In this document: positions 51,130 to 59,701 of the stretch, piece after piece
Layout: each line of letters starts with the position of its first letter
How positions within the stretch are numbered: the first letter of the stretch is position 1
Source of the DNA: an uncultured Candidatus Saccharibacteria bacterium
Lineage (GTDB): Bacteria; Patescibacteriota; Minisyncoccia; Minisyncoccales; JANBVM01
Assembly (NCBI GenBank): GCA_964435835.1
Contig: CAYSZX010000002.1
Coordinates: 8,282 to 72,281, forward strand
Direction: 5' to 3'
DNA: 64,000 nt
Position numbers and translations under genes: made by a program
Notes under the pieces: generated by a model
The model's database searches: none
The model's input: only the letters and a program-made list of their open reading frames with translations
Told to the model about the DNA's origin: nothing

Positions 51130-52586
51130 CTTTCCAATTTCTCTCTTAATATTTTTTTCACTTTTTTAATATTAACTCTCCCCTTCGTTTCTTTCATTGC
51201 TTGGCCAATTAAAAACTGAAAAGCGTTTTCTTTACCTGATTTAAAATCAGAAACAGCTTCTTCATTTTTTTCTAAAATTTCTTCAATAATATTATTAATT
51301 TTCTCTTGGCTATCGATCTTACTTAACCCTTTCTTTTCAATAATAGAAGAAGGGCTTTTTCCTGTTTTAAACATTTCTTTTAAAACTTTCTTAGCTATCT
51401 TACTTGATATCTTCTTTTTTTGAATTAAAAGAATAAAATCAGTAAAATCTTCAGGAGAAAATAATATTTTATCTTGGCTTGATTGTTTAATTAATCCTTG
51501 TAAATCAGTAGTAATATAATTAGAAGTTAATTTAATACTTTCTTTAAGTTCTTTTTTAGATATTTTATTCTTTAAAATACTCATAACTTTCCCAAAGAAA
51601 TTACCCATTTCTCGGTTTCGAACGAAAAACTTAACATCTTGTTTTTTTAAATTGTATACTTTTTTTAACTTCTCCCTTTTTTCACCAGGAAGCTCTGATA
51701 TTTCTTCTTTAATTTTTTTAATTTCTTCCTCTGAAAATACTAATGGTGGTAAATCTGGTTCTGGTAAATATCGATAGTCATGAGCTTCCTCTTTGTGCCT
51801 TTGAGAAATTGTTATCTCTTTGTCCGCATTCCAACCTCTAGTCTCCTGAACTATCTCTTTTCCTTCCCTAAGTCGATTTGCTTGCCTCTTAACTTCATAT
51901 TTAATGGCTTTTTGAACCGATTTAAAAGAGTTTAAATTTTTAACCTCTACTCTATTATTAGATAAATTAATTTTATCTTTCTTTGATAAGGAAATATTAA
52001 CTTCTACTCTCATTTGTCCTTTTTCCATGTCAGCATGAGAAATATCTAGATGACGTAAAATTAATTGCAGTTCTTTAGCAAAAGCAACAGCTTCCTTAGC
52101 TGATCTAATATCTGGCTCAGTGACTAGTTCCATTAAAGGTACCCCAGCTCTATTAAAATCTACAAGGCTATAATTTCCATCAGTATGAATTAATTTGCCT
52201 GCATCTTCTTCTAAATGAATTCTTCTAATATTAATTTTCTTATTTTCTATTTCTAAATAACCTTTTTTACATAAAGGCATTTCATATTGAGATATCTGAT
52301 AACCTTTAGGTAAATCAGGATAAAAATAATTTTTTCTATCAAATTTAGAAATTTTATTTATTTTGCAATTCAAAGCCAGTCCAATCTTAATAACTTTTTC
52401 AACTGCTTTTTGATTGATAACTGGAAGGGTTCCTGGGTGTCCAAGACAAACAGGACAAATATTAGTATTTGGTTTAGCTTTAAACTTGTTAGGACAAGAA
52501 CAAAACATTTTTGAACTAGTTTTCAGTTCAGAATGTATTTCTAATCCTATAACTGGTTGAAAATCTTTTTCTGACATTTTTACCAA
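51126..52586 (-). CDS. gatB: Asp/Glu-tRNA amidotransferase subunit B
   Basis: VIGLEIHSELKT.SKMFCSC, NRAGVPLMELVTEPD, and a C-terminal YqeY-like domain. Confidence 0.95.
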   Translation of the reverse strand: MVKMSEKDFQPVIGLEIHSELKTSSKMFCSCPNKFKAKPNTNICPVCLGHPGTLPVINQKAVEKVIKIGLALNCKINKISKFDRKNYFYPDLPKGYQISQYEMPLCKKGYLEIENKKINIRRIHLEEDAGKLIHTDGNYSLVDFNRAGVPLMELVTEPDIRSAKEAVAFAKELQLILRHLDISHADMEKGQMRVEVNISLSKKDKINLSNNRVEVKNLNSFKSVQKAIKYEVKRQANRLREGKEIVQETRGWNADKEITISQRHKEEAHDYRYLPEPDLPPLVFSEEEIKKIKEEISELPGEKREKLKKVYNLKKQDVKFFVRNREMGNFFGKVMSILKNKISKKELKESIKLTSNYITTDLQGLIKQSSQDKILFSPEDFTDFILLIQKKKISSKIAKKVLKEMFKTGKSPSSIIEKKGLSKIDSQEKINNIIEEILEKNEEAVSDFKSGKENAFQFLIGQAMKETKGRVNIKKVKKILREKLES

Positions 52587-53824
52587 TCTAAATTTTCGTA
52601 AATAGGAAACTTTTTACAAATATTTTGAACACTTTCTTTAATTTCTTTTCCTATTTCTTCTTTATTATAGTTCTTAATAAACTTCACTATCCATCTTACA
52701 ATCTGTCTTGCTTCTTTCTCCCCCATTCCTCTAGTTGAAATCGATGGAGATCCTATTCTTATACCAGAAGGATTAAAAGGAGATCTTTTATCAAAGGGAA
52801 TAGTATTTTTGTTAGCATAAATATTAACCTTTTCTAATCCATCCTGGATATCCTGAGAACTTAAATCAAATTGAGTAATATCGATTACAAATAAATGATT
52901 ATCTGTTCCCCTACTAACAACTCTTACTCCTTGTTTTTTAAATTCATTAACCATAGCTTTAGCATTAGAAGCAGTTCTTTCCTGGCATTTTTTAAACGAC
53001 TTTTGCATTGCTTCTAAAAAACAAACGGCTTTAGCAGCTATAATGTGCTCTAAAGGACCTCCCTGTAAGCCTGGAAACACTCCCCTATTTATTTTCTCAG
53101 ATAATTCTTTTTTACATAAAATAATAGCGCCTCGTGGTCCTCTAAGTGTTTTATGAGTAGTAGTTGTTACTACATCACAATAAGGAAAAGGATGGGGATG
53201 AATTCCAGCTACAACCAATCCAGCAATATGAGAAATGTCACCCATTAAATAAGCTCCAACCTCATCAGCTATTTCTTTGAATTTTTTAAAATCGATTATT
53301 TTAGAATAAGCAGTAGTTGAAGCAACAATTAGTTTAGGTTTAAACTTCAAAGCTTTTTCTCTAACTTCATTAAAATCAATCATTTCTGTTTCTTTGTCTA
53401 CTCCATAATGCTCAAAGTTATAGTATTGACCTGAAAAATTAACTGGAGAACCATGAGTTAAATGGCCACCAGCCGTTAAATCAAATCCTAAAACTCTATC
53501 CCCAGGCTCTAATAAAGCTAAATAAACAGCAGCATTTGCTTGAGAACCAGAATGAGATTGAACATTAGCATGTTCAGCTTTAAATAACTTTTTAGCTCTT
53601 TTAATAGCTAAAGCTTCTGCCTGATCAATAAATTCATTCCCCCCATAATATCTTTTCCCGGGATAACCTTCAGCGTATTTATTAGTTAAAGCACTAGCAG
53701 TTGCTTTTAAAACAGCTGGACTAGTATAATTTTGAGAAGCAATTAAACAAATTCCTTCTTTTTGACGCTTAGTCTCTTTCTTAATTACCTGGTAAATTTT
53801 TGGATCTTCTTTTTTTAAACTCAT
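52580..53824 (-). CDS. glyA: serine hydroxymethyltransferase
   Basis: LIASQNYTSPAV, VQSHSGSQAN, and the PLP lysine block TTTTHKTLRGPRG. Confidence 0.95.
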   Translation of the reverse strand: MSLKKEDPKIYQVIKKETKRQKEGICLIASQNYTSPAVLKATASALTNKYAEGYPGKRYYGGNEFIDQAEALAIKRAKKLFKAEHANVQSHSGSQANAAVYLALLEPGDRVLGFDLTAGGHLTHGSPVNFSGQYYNFEHYGVDKETEMIDFNEVREKALKFKPKLIVASTTAYSKIIDFKKFKEIADEVGAYLMGDISHIAGLVVAGIHPHPFPYCDVVTTTTHKTLRGPRGAIILCKKELSEKINRGVFPGLQGGPLEHIIAAKAVCFLEAMQKSFKKCQERTASNAKAMVNEFKKQGVRVVSRGTDNHLFVIDITQFDLSSQDIQDGLEKVNIYANKNTIPFDKRSPFNPSGIRIGSPSISTRGMGEKEARQIVRWIVKFIKNYNKEEIGKEIKESVQNICKKFPIYENLDW

Positions 53825-53910
53825 TTTTTTATTTTTAATATCAACAAACCTTTTAAGTATTAGAATTATTTTACCTTCTTAGGTATTTAAAGACAAGAAA
53901 AAACAATTTT

Positions 53911-53944
53911 AAAAATTAAAAACCACCAAGTATTTACTTAGTGG
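53911..53944 (-). terminator. terminator after the thyX-like gene
   Basis: On the minus strand CCACUAAG-6 nt-CUUGGUGG (one mismatch) is followed by UUUUUAAUUUUU. Confidence 0.55.
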
Positions 53945-53954
53945 ATTAAAAAAA

Positions 53955-55184
53955 TTATATCTTGAATGTTTTATAGTTCTCTTCCAAAACATCCAAGCAC
54001 TTCTTTAAATTTGAAGGTTTCCGCCCTCCCCATTTTGTAAAGGCAGGACAAACCGCCTCTTTTGTTTTAAATGTTTCGGGCTCCCTGCATTTCCCTTCTC
54101 TCCAGCAATTTGGACCAATGTCTTTTTTTAAAGCTGGATAATTTTCGGCCAACTTTCTAGTTAAAGGAACTCCTAGCGAACTCCTTATCTCCCATTGAGC
54201 AACTCCTTCGGATCTTGCTCTTGAAGTTTTTATTATTCCAAACCCTTTCGCATAAATCTTCGCTTTTGCCTGTTGTCCTAATAATAGAGAATAAGCAAAA
54301 CTTGCTTTCTTGTCTTTAATCAACTCTAATTGTTTCTTCTGAGCTTTTTTTGCTAACTCTCTGTATATCTCTTCTCCTTTTTTAGGAAAAGTTGGCGGAA
54401 CAACAAAAGTCCCTCTTCTAGCAATACCTTCTAGTGATTCAATATTACACAGAAATTGTCTCTGTCGCACCAGTTGAGCATACATGGATAAGCTTCCTAC
54501 AATACCCATATTTAAAGACAAAGAATGGATATCGTCAGACTGATAGTCAAGCATCGTTTCTTCAGAAATCTCCTCTTTTCCCCAAAAATTCCATTGTGAA
54601 GATTCTTTTTCTTTGGGTATCTCCAAAAAATAATCCTTTACTTCTTCTTTTATCCTCTTCCCTATTTCTTTTAATTCGCTTAGAGGCGTATTCTCTAAGG
54701 AATTCGCTATTTTCACTAAATAACGAGGAGGAGTAAAAAATATCATTCTTGTCAGTGTAGCTTCCGGAAGAACATATCGAGCATCTTGAATGGGAATACC
54801 TAAATCAAGTAATTTTTCATACCCTTTAAATAATTCACCGCCAAAATCACCAAGTTCTTCTCTGTAATTATTCGCTTTAATTAATCTTAGAGAGGCTTCA
54901 ATTCCAGCCCCAAAAATCAAATTAGGAGCGTTTACATTTCGCCAGAAATAAATAGCTGCTAATCTAGAAATATCCTCTAGAGATACGGCAAAGCCTCCGA
55001 AATCAGCTGGAATCATATGTCCATATCCTAAGACTGCTTTTACAAGCCTTTTAGACTTTTCAGGATTATCTTTGCATTCTTTTAGAATTTGGGATATGCT
55101 CCCTTTCTCTATTGGAGTCCGAGAAATTTTAGCCGCGGTTGCAGCTAAAAAAACAGGGTTTTCTTTTAACAAAGATACTTTCAT
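53955..55184 (-). CDS. ThyX-like (Thy1-fold) protein, internally duplicated and divergent
   Basis: Half 1: AAKISRT, GYGHMIPADF, ISRLAAIYFWRNVNAP, DARYVLPEATLTR. Half 2: SLSMYAQLVRQRQFLCNIES, LLLGQQAK, SEGVAQWEIRS. A Cys-rich tail follows. Neither half has an intact RHRxxS motif. Confidence 0.5.
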   Translation of the reverse strand: MKVSLLKENPVFLAATAAKISRTPIEKGSISQILKECKDNPEKSKRLVKAVLGYGHMIPADFGGFAVSLEDISRLAAIYFWRNVNAPNLIFGAGIEASLRLIKANNYREELGDFGGELFKGYEKLLDLGIPIQDARYVLPEATLTRMIFFTPPRYLVKIANSLENTPLSELKEIGKRIKEEVKDYFLEIPKEKESSQWNFWGKEEISEETMLDYQSDDIHSLSLNMGIVGSLSMYAQLVRQRQFLCNIESLEGIARRGTFVVPPTFPKKGEEIYRELAKKAQKKQLELIKDKKASFAYSLLLGQQAKAKIYAKGFGIIKTSRARSEGVAQWEIRSSLGVPLTRKLAENYPALKKDIGPNCWREGKCREPETFKTKEAVCPAFTKWGGRKPSNLKKCLDVLEENYKTFKI

Positions 55185-55277
55185 TTTTTCTTTTCACCTT
55201 TTTTTAAAAAATCTAGTTTCACTTTTATCAGGTCTAAAACCTCTGCCAAGCTAATTATATCTTTCTTTCTATTAATC

Positions 55278-56003
55278 CTAATCATTTTCTAGTTGATTAT
55301 ATTTTTCTATTATTTTTTTATGAATTGCCTGAATAGACATTAATTTTTCATCTTTTACGCATTCTATCACTGCAAAACTGTCAGGAAATCTATTAGCTAA
55401 TTCCAAATAAGACTTCAAGGCATTATCTAAATGTTTTAAATCTACTTCATGAATATCTCTTTTTTTATCCCCCAAAAAACCTGCTTTTTGTTTTTTCTTT
55501 TCTTTATCTGTTATATTACCACTCAATTTATTAGCAATTTGAGGAGACGTTTTTAAGATAAAAACTATATCTGGTTTAGGTATTTTGAAAAGATTGTATT
55601 CAAGATCATAAAGCCATTTTAAAAAAGCAGTTCTCTTGTTTGGGTTATCAATTTTACCACCTTGATGGCCAGCATTAGAAGAAACATATCTATCAGCAAT
55701 AACAACTTTTTCCCCTTTAAGCCATTCCCTAATATCAAAAGAGGCGTCATACCTATCACAGGCATAAAAAATAGAAGCCCGATAAGGGCCAACCTTCTCA
55801 GCGCTTCCATATTCTCCTTTTAAATAATTCTCAATTAAACCAGAGCTCTTTTTACCATACTGAGGAAAACTAATTTCAATAACGTCTTCCCCTTTTTCTT
55901 TTAAATATTTTCGAAAAAGTTTACCTTGAGTAGATTTCCCCGAACCATCTATTCCTTCAAAAACAATAAATTTTCCTTTCCTTTTTTTCTTCATTGTCCT
56001 CAT
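55278..56003 (-). CDS. tmk: thymidylate kinase
   Basis: P-loop FEGIDGSGKST, DRY (CDRYDAS), and a LID-like region. Confidence 0.9.
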   Translation of the reverse strand: MRTMKKKRKGKFIVFEGIDGSGKSTQGKLFRKYLKEKGEDVIEISFPQYGKKSSGLIENYLKGEYGSAEKVGPYRASIFYACDRYDASFDIREWLKGEKVVIADRYVSSNAGHQGGKIDNPNKRTAFLKWLYDLEYNLFKIPKPDIVFILKTSPQIANKLSGNITDKEKKKQKAGFLGDKKRDIHEVDLKHLDNALKSYLELANRFPDSFAVIECVKDEKLMSIQAIHKKIIEKYNQLEND

Positions 56004-56020
56004 TATAAATTATTTTTTGA

Positions 56021-56045
56021 AAAAGAAAAAGAAGCCTTTAAGGCT
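56021..56045 (-). terminator. weak hairpin between the dCMP deaminase gene and tmk
   Basis: AGCCU-UAA-AGGCU followed on the minus strand by UCUUUUUCUUUUUC. Confidence 0.3.
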
Positions 56046-56070
56046 CCTTTTTTGTGGAAAATAACACTTG

Positions 56071-56598
56071 TTACTTTTTATTTTGGTCATCCCCATACTT
56101 ATATTGATCATCTAGCATGTCATTTTTACTCCAATCTTTAACCCAGTCTTTAATTTTAAAAATTTTATAACTGCCGTCCTCTAATGAGCAAATAACTCTT
56201 TTCAACCCAGCGTTAATAATCATCTTTTTACAGATAAAACAAGGGAAAAAATTAATTGGTTTATTTTCTTCTCTTTCTGCATAAAGAAACATATCACCGC
56301 TTAAAATACTACTTCCTGATCTAGCCGCATTAATAATTGCATTTTGTTCAGCATGAACACTTCTACACAATTCATATTTCTCTCCGTGAGGAATTTTTAA
56401 TTCTCTTCTTAAGCAATTACCTCGCTCAAAGCAATCTTTTGTTTTTCTAGGAGCCCCAATGTAACCAGTAGCAACAATTACATCATCTTTAATAATAACT
56501 GCTCCTCCTCTAATACTTAAACAAGTCGATCTTTTAGCGACTTGTTTAGCAATATCCAAATAATATTGATCCTTAGAGGGTCTTTTTTTAGTTTTCAT
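56071..56598 (-). CDS. deoxycytidylate (dCMP) deaminase, ComEB/Dcd-like
   Basis: Zinc motifs HAEQNAI and PCFICKKMI; 175 aa. Confidence 0.85.
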   Translation of the reverse strand: MKTKKRPSKDQYYLDIAKQVAKRSTCLSIRGGAVIIKDDVIVATGYIGAPRKTKDCFERGNCLRRELKIPHGEKYELCRSVHAEQNAIINAARSGSSILSGDMFLYAEREENKPINFFPCFICKKMIINAGLKRVICSLEDGSYKIFKIKDWVKDWSKNDMLDDQYKYGDDQNKK

Positions 56599-56600
56599 AA

Positions 56601-57023
56601 TTATTTCTTAACCTCTACCCCCATATTTTTAGCAGTGGCAGCAATAATTTTCTTAGCTTTTTCTAAATCACGAGTATTTAAATCTGACATTTTCTTCTTA
56701 GCTATTTCTTCCAGTTGTTGATCAGTTATTTTTCCTACTTTTTCTTTATTAGGCTCTCCAGAACCTTTTTCAATACCAGCTGCTTTTTTAATTAAATCAG
56801 TACTTAAAGGTTCTTTTATCTTTAAATCATAACTTCTATCTTCATAAATAGTAACAACAGTAGGAATAACGCCTTCTTTATCTTTAGTTGCTTGATTAAA
56901 TTTTTGACAAATTTCAGACATATTTACTCCATGAGGAGCTAAAGCAGGACCAACTGGAGGAGCTGGATTAGCTTTTCCGGCCGGAATTTGTAATTTTACA
57001 ATAGATTTTACTTTTTTAGGCAT
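56601..57023 (-). CDS. rplK: 50S ribosomal protein L11
   Basis: [24 protein letters not shown]; 140 aa. Confidence 0.95.
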   Translation of the reverse strand: MPKKVKSIVKLQIPAGKANPAPPVGPALAPHGVNMSEICQKFNQATKDKEGVIPTVVTIYEDRSYDLKIKEPLSTDLIKKAAGIEKGSGEPNKEKVGKITDQQLEEIAKKKMSDLNTRDLEKAKKIIAATAKNMGVEVKK

Positions 57024-57033
57024 AATTTTTAAA

Positions 57034-57579
57034 TTAAAGTTTTTGAATTTGAAGAGAATCTAATTCAACAGGAGTATCTCTTCCAAACATATTAACTAAC
57101 ACTTTTATTTTTTCTCTTTCCTCATCAATTTCTGAAACTTTTCCTTCGAAACCTTTAAAAGGACCATCCGTAATTTTAACTAGTTCGCCTGGCTTAACCA
57201 AAATCTTAGGTTTAGGCTCTTCTATTTTCATTCTTTCTTGTAAATTTTCAATTTCTTCTTTTGAAACAGGAACAGGTGTAGTTCCCGACCCAACAAAACC
57301 AGTAACGTTTGGTGTATTTCTTACAACATACCAGGAATCATCAGTTACAATCATTTCCACTAAAACATAACCAGGATAGATTTTTTCTTCAATAGTTTTT
57401 CTCTTTCCGTTTTTTATCTTAATCTTTTTTTCTTTAGGAACAATAACATTAAATATTTTGTCCTCCATATCTAAAGACTTGATTCTTTGCCTTAAATTCT
57501 TAGCAACAGAATCCTCATATCCTGAATATGTATGTAAAACATACCAATTTCTCTCTTGATTTACTTTTTGTTTAGACAT
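57034..57579 (-). CDS. nusG: transcription termination/antitermination factor NusG
   Basis: [14 protein letters not shown] domain plus the KOW motif ([13 protein letters not shown]). Confidence 0.9.
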   Translation of the reverse strand: MSKQKVNQERNWYVLHTYSGYEDSVAKNLRQRIKSLDMEDKIFNVIVPKEKKIKIKNGKRKTIEEKIYPGYVLVEMIVTDDSWYVVRNTPNVTGFVGSGTTPVPVSKEEIENLQERMKIEEPKPKILVKPGELVKITDGPFKGFEGKVSEIDEEREKIKVLVNMFGRDTPVELDSLQIQKL

Positions 57580-57580
57580 G

Positions 57581-57778
57581 TTAAGAAATCAAAATATTTA
57601 AAAGCTTACTAAACATATAATCAAGACCGCCCAGAAAAACAGCTACTACAAAAGAAATACCAACAACAGCCATGGTATTTTTTATTGTTGCTTCTCTGCT
57701 TGGCCAATTTACTTTTTTCATTTCGTTTTTAACCTCATTGAAAAAAGTCCCAATTTTAGTGAAAATGTTAGTTTTCAT
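57581..57778 (-). CDS. secE: preprotein translocase subunit SecE
   Basis: 65 aa with E.K.V.WPS and a single TM segment, lying upstream of nusG. Confidence 0.8.
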   Translation of the reverse strand: MKTNIFTKIGTFFNEVKNEMKKVNWPSREATIKNTMAVVGISFVVAVFLGGLDYMFSKLLNILIS

Positions 57779-57784
57779 AATTTA

Positions 57785-59698
57785 TTAAACATCAAGATTT
57801 TGAACTTTCTCAGCATAATTTTGAATAAATTTCTTTCTCAAAGCAACTTCCTTCCCCATTAAAGTGTCAAAGATTTGGTCTGCTTCTCTTGCATCTTCAA
57901 TCGTTACTTGTAAAAGTTTTCTATTTTCAGGGTTCATTGTTGTTTTCCAAAGCTCTTCTGGGTTCATTTCACCTAATCCCTTATATCTTTGAATAGATCT
58001 GTTAATATCACCCAGTTCCTTTAACTTATCTAATTTCTCCTGTTCTGTAAAGGCATAAAGAGTTTTTTTACCAGCTTGAATTTTGTAAAGAGGTGGACAG
58101 GCAACATAAATGTAACCATTTTCAATTAGTGGCTTAAAGTAACGGAAGAATAAAGTTAACAACAAGGTTTTAATGTGGTTACCATCAGAGTCAGCATCAC
58201 ACATGATAACAACTTTATGATATCTCAATTTTTCAATATTAAAATCATCAGCAATAGCTGTTCCTAAAGCAATAACTAATGATTTGATTTCTTTTGAATT
58301 AAGCATTCGATGAAGACGAGCTCTTTCTACATTTAATATCTTTCCTCTTAAAGGTAAAATTGCTTGAAAATGTCGATCTCTAGCTTGACGAGAACTTCCT
58401 CCTGCTGATTGCCCCTCAACAATATAAATCTCTGATTCTTCTGGTTTACGAGATGAACACCCAGCCAACTTTCCTGGTAAAGCTAATCCCTTCAGTGTTT
58501 TTTTCTGCAAAATAGTATCTTTAGCTGCTTTAGCTGCTTTTCTAGCTTTTTGAGTCAAGATGAATTTTCTAATAATCTTTTTAGCAGTTCGAGGATTTCT
58601 TTCTAAAAAATCAAATAATTTTAAACTAATTACTTGTTGAACAGCAGTTTTAGCTTCCGGATTGCCCAATTTAGCTTTAGTCTGCCCTTCAAATTGAGGA
58701 TCAGAAATTTTAATGGAAATAACAGCTGTTAAGCCCTCACGAACATCCCTTCCTCTAAAGTTATCATCTTTTTCTTTTAAAAACTCATTTTTTCTAGCAT
58801 ACCTATTAACTGTTCTAGTTAAAGCAGATCTGAATCCAGTTAAATGACTTCCTCCTCCGCTGGTATGAATATTATTAACAAATGTATTTTCAGAAGACTC
58901 ATAATCATCAGTATAAATAAAGGCTACTTCTACTACAATCCCATCTTCTTTTTTATTGCAATAAAAAACATCTTTATGAGTTAAATCTTTATTACCAATA
59001 AGATATTTAAGATAAGAAGTTATTCCGCCCTCAAAGAAAAAAGTATAATCAATTGGAGGTTTGATTGTCTCATCTCTAAAAATTACTTTTAAACCTTTGG
59101 TTAAATAAGCTTGCTGGCGAAGATAATTTTTAATTTTCTTTTTATTAAACTTTAAGTCACGAAATATCTCTGAATCAGGTTCAAAAACGATGGTTGTTCC
59201 TGTTTTTTTACAGTTGCCTACTTTTTTCAATTTTGAAGTAGCTTTTCCTTTTGAATACTCTTGTGAATATTCTTTACCGTCTCGACAAACAGTTACCTTT
59301 AAATAAGTCGACAAGGCCGAAACAACAGAAATACCAACTCCATGCAATCCTCCAGTTGATTTATAAGCTTTTCCGTCAAATTTACCTCCAGCGTGAAGAG
59401 TGGTCATAATGGTTTCCAAGGCTGACTTTTTAGTTTCTTTATGCTTATCAACTGGAATACCTCTTCCATTATCTTCTACCTTAACTCTATTATCAGGAAG
59501 AAAGGTAACCTTTATTTCATCACAATAACCCATAATGGCTTCATCAACACTATTTCCGACCACCTCAACAATCAAATGATGCAAACCTTCACTGCCCGTG
59601 GAACCAATATACATTCCAGGTCTTTTTCTAATAGGAGTTAAACCTTTTAGAACTTGAATATCTTTTGCCGTATAATTTGATTTTCTCTTTTTTGCCAT
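57785..59698 (-). CDS. gyrB: DNA gyrase subunit B
   Basis: GHKL ATPase (GLHHLIVEVVGNSVDEA, GGLHGVG), Toprim (VEGQSAGGS, DADSDGNHI), and the PLRGKILNVE motif. Confidence 0.95.
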   Translation of the reverse strand: MAKKRKSNYTAKDIQVLKGLTPIRKRPGMYIGSTGSEGLHHLIVEVVGNSVDEAIMGYCDEIKVTFLPDNRVKVEDNGRGIPVDKHKETKKSALETIMTTLHAGGKFDGKAYKSTGGLHGVGISVVSALSTYLKVTVCRDGKEYSQEYSKGKATSKLKKVGNCKKTGTTIVFEPDSEIFRDLKFNKKKIKNYLRQQAYLTKGLKVIFRDETIKPPIDYTFFFEGGITSYLKYLIGNKDLTHKDVFYCNKKEDGIVVEVAFIYTDDYESSENTFVNNIHTSGGGSHLTGFRSALTRTVNRYARKNEFLKEKDDNFRGRDVREGLTAVISIKISDPQFEGQTKAKLGNPEAKTAVQQVISLKLFDFLERNPRTAKKIIRKFILTQKARKAAKAAKDTILQKKTLKGLALPGKLAGCSSRKPEESEIYIVEGQSAGGSSRQARDRHFQAILPLRGKILNVERARLHRMLNSKEIKSLVIALGTAIADDFNIEKLRYHKVVIMCDADSDGNHIKTLLLTLFFRYFKPLIENGYIYVACPPLYKIQAGKKTLYAFTEQEKLDKLKELGDINRSIQRYKGLGEMNPEELWKTTMNPENRKLLQVTIEDAREADQIFDTLMGKEVALRKKFIQNYAEKVQNLDV

Positions 59699-59701
59699 AA
59701 T

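Noticed and set aside
55619-55810. Same-strand alternative-frame ORFs inside tmk (55619..55810) and pheT (60079..60294).
   Set aside because: They are fully nested in genes with strong family motifs in another frame. There is no independent start context or recognisable domain.
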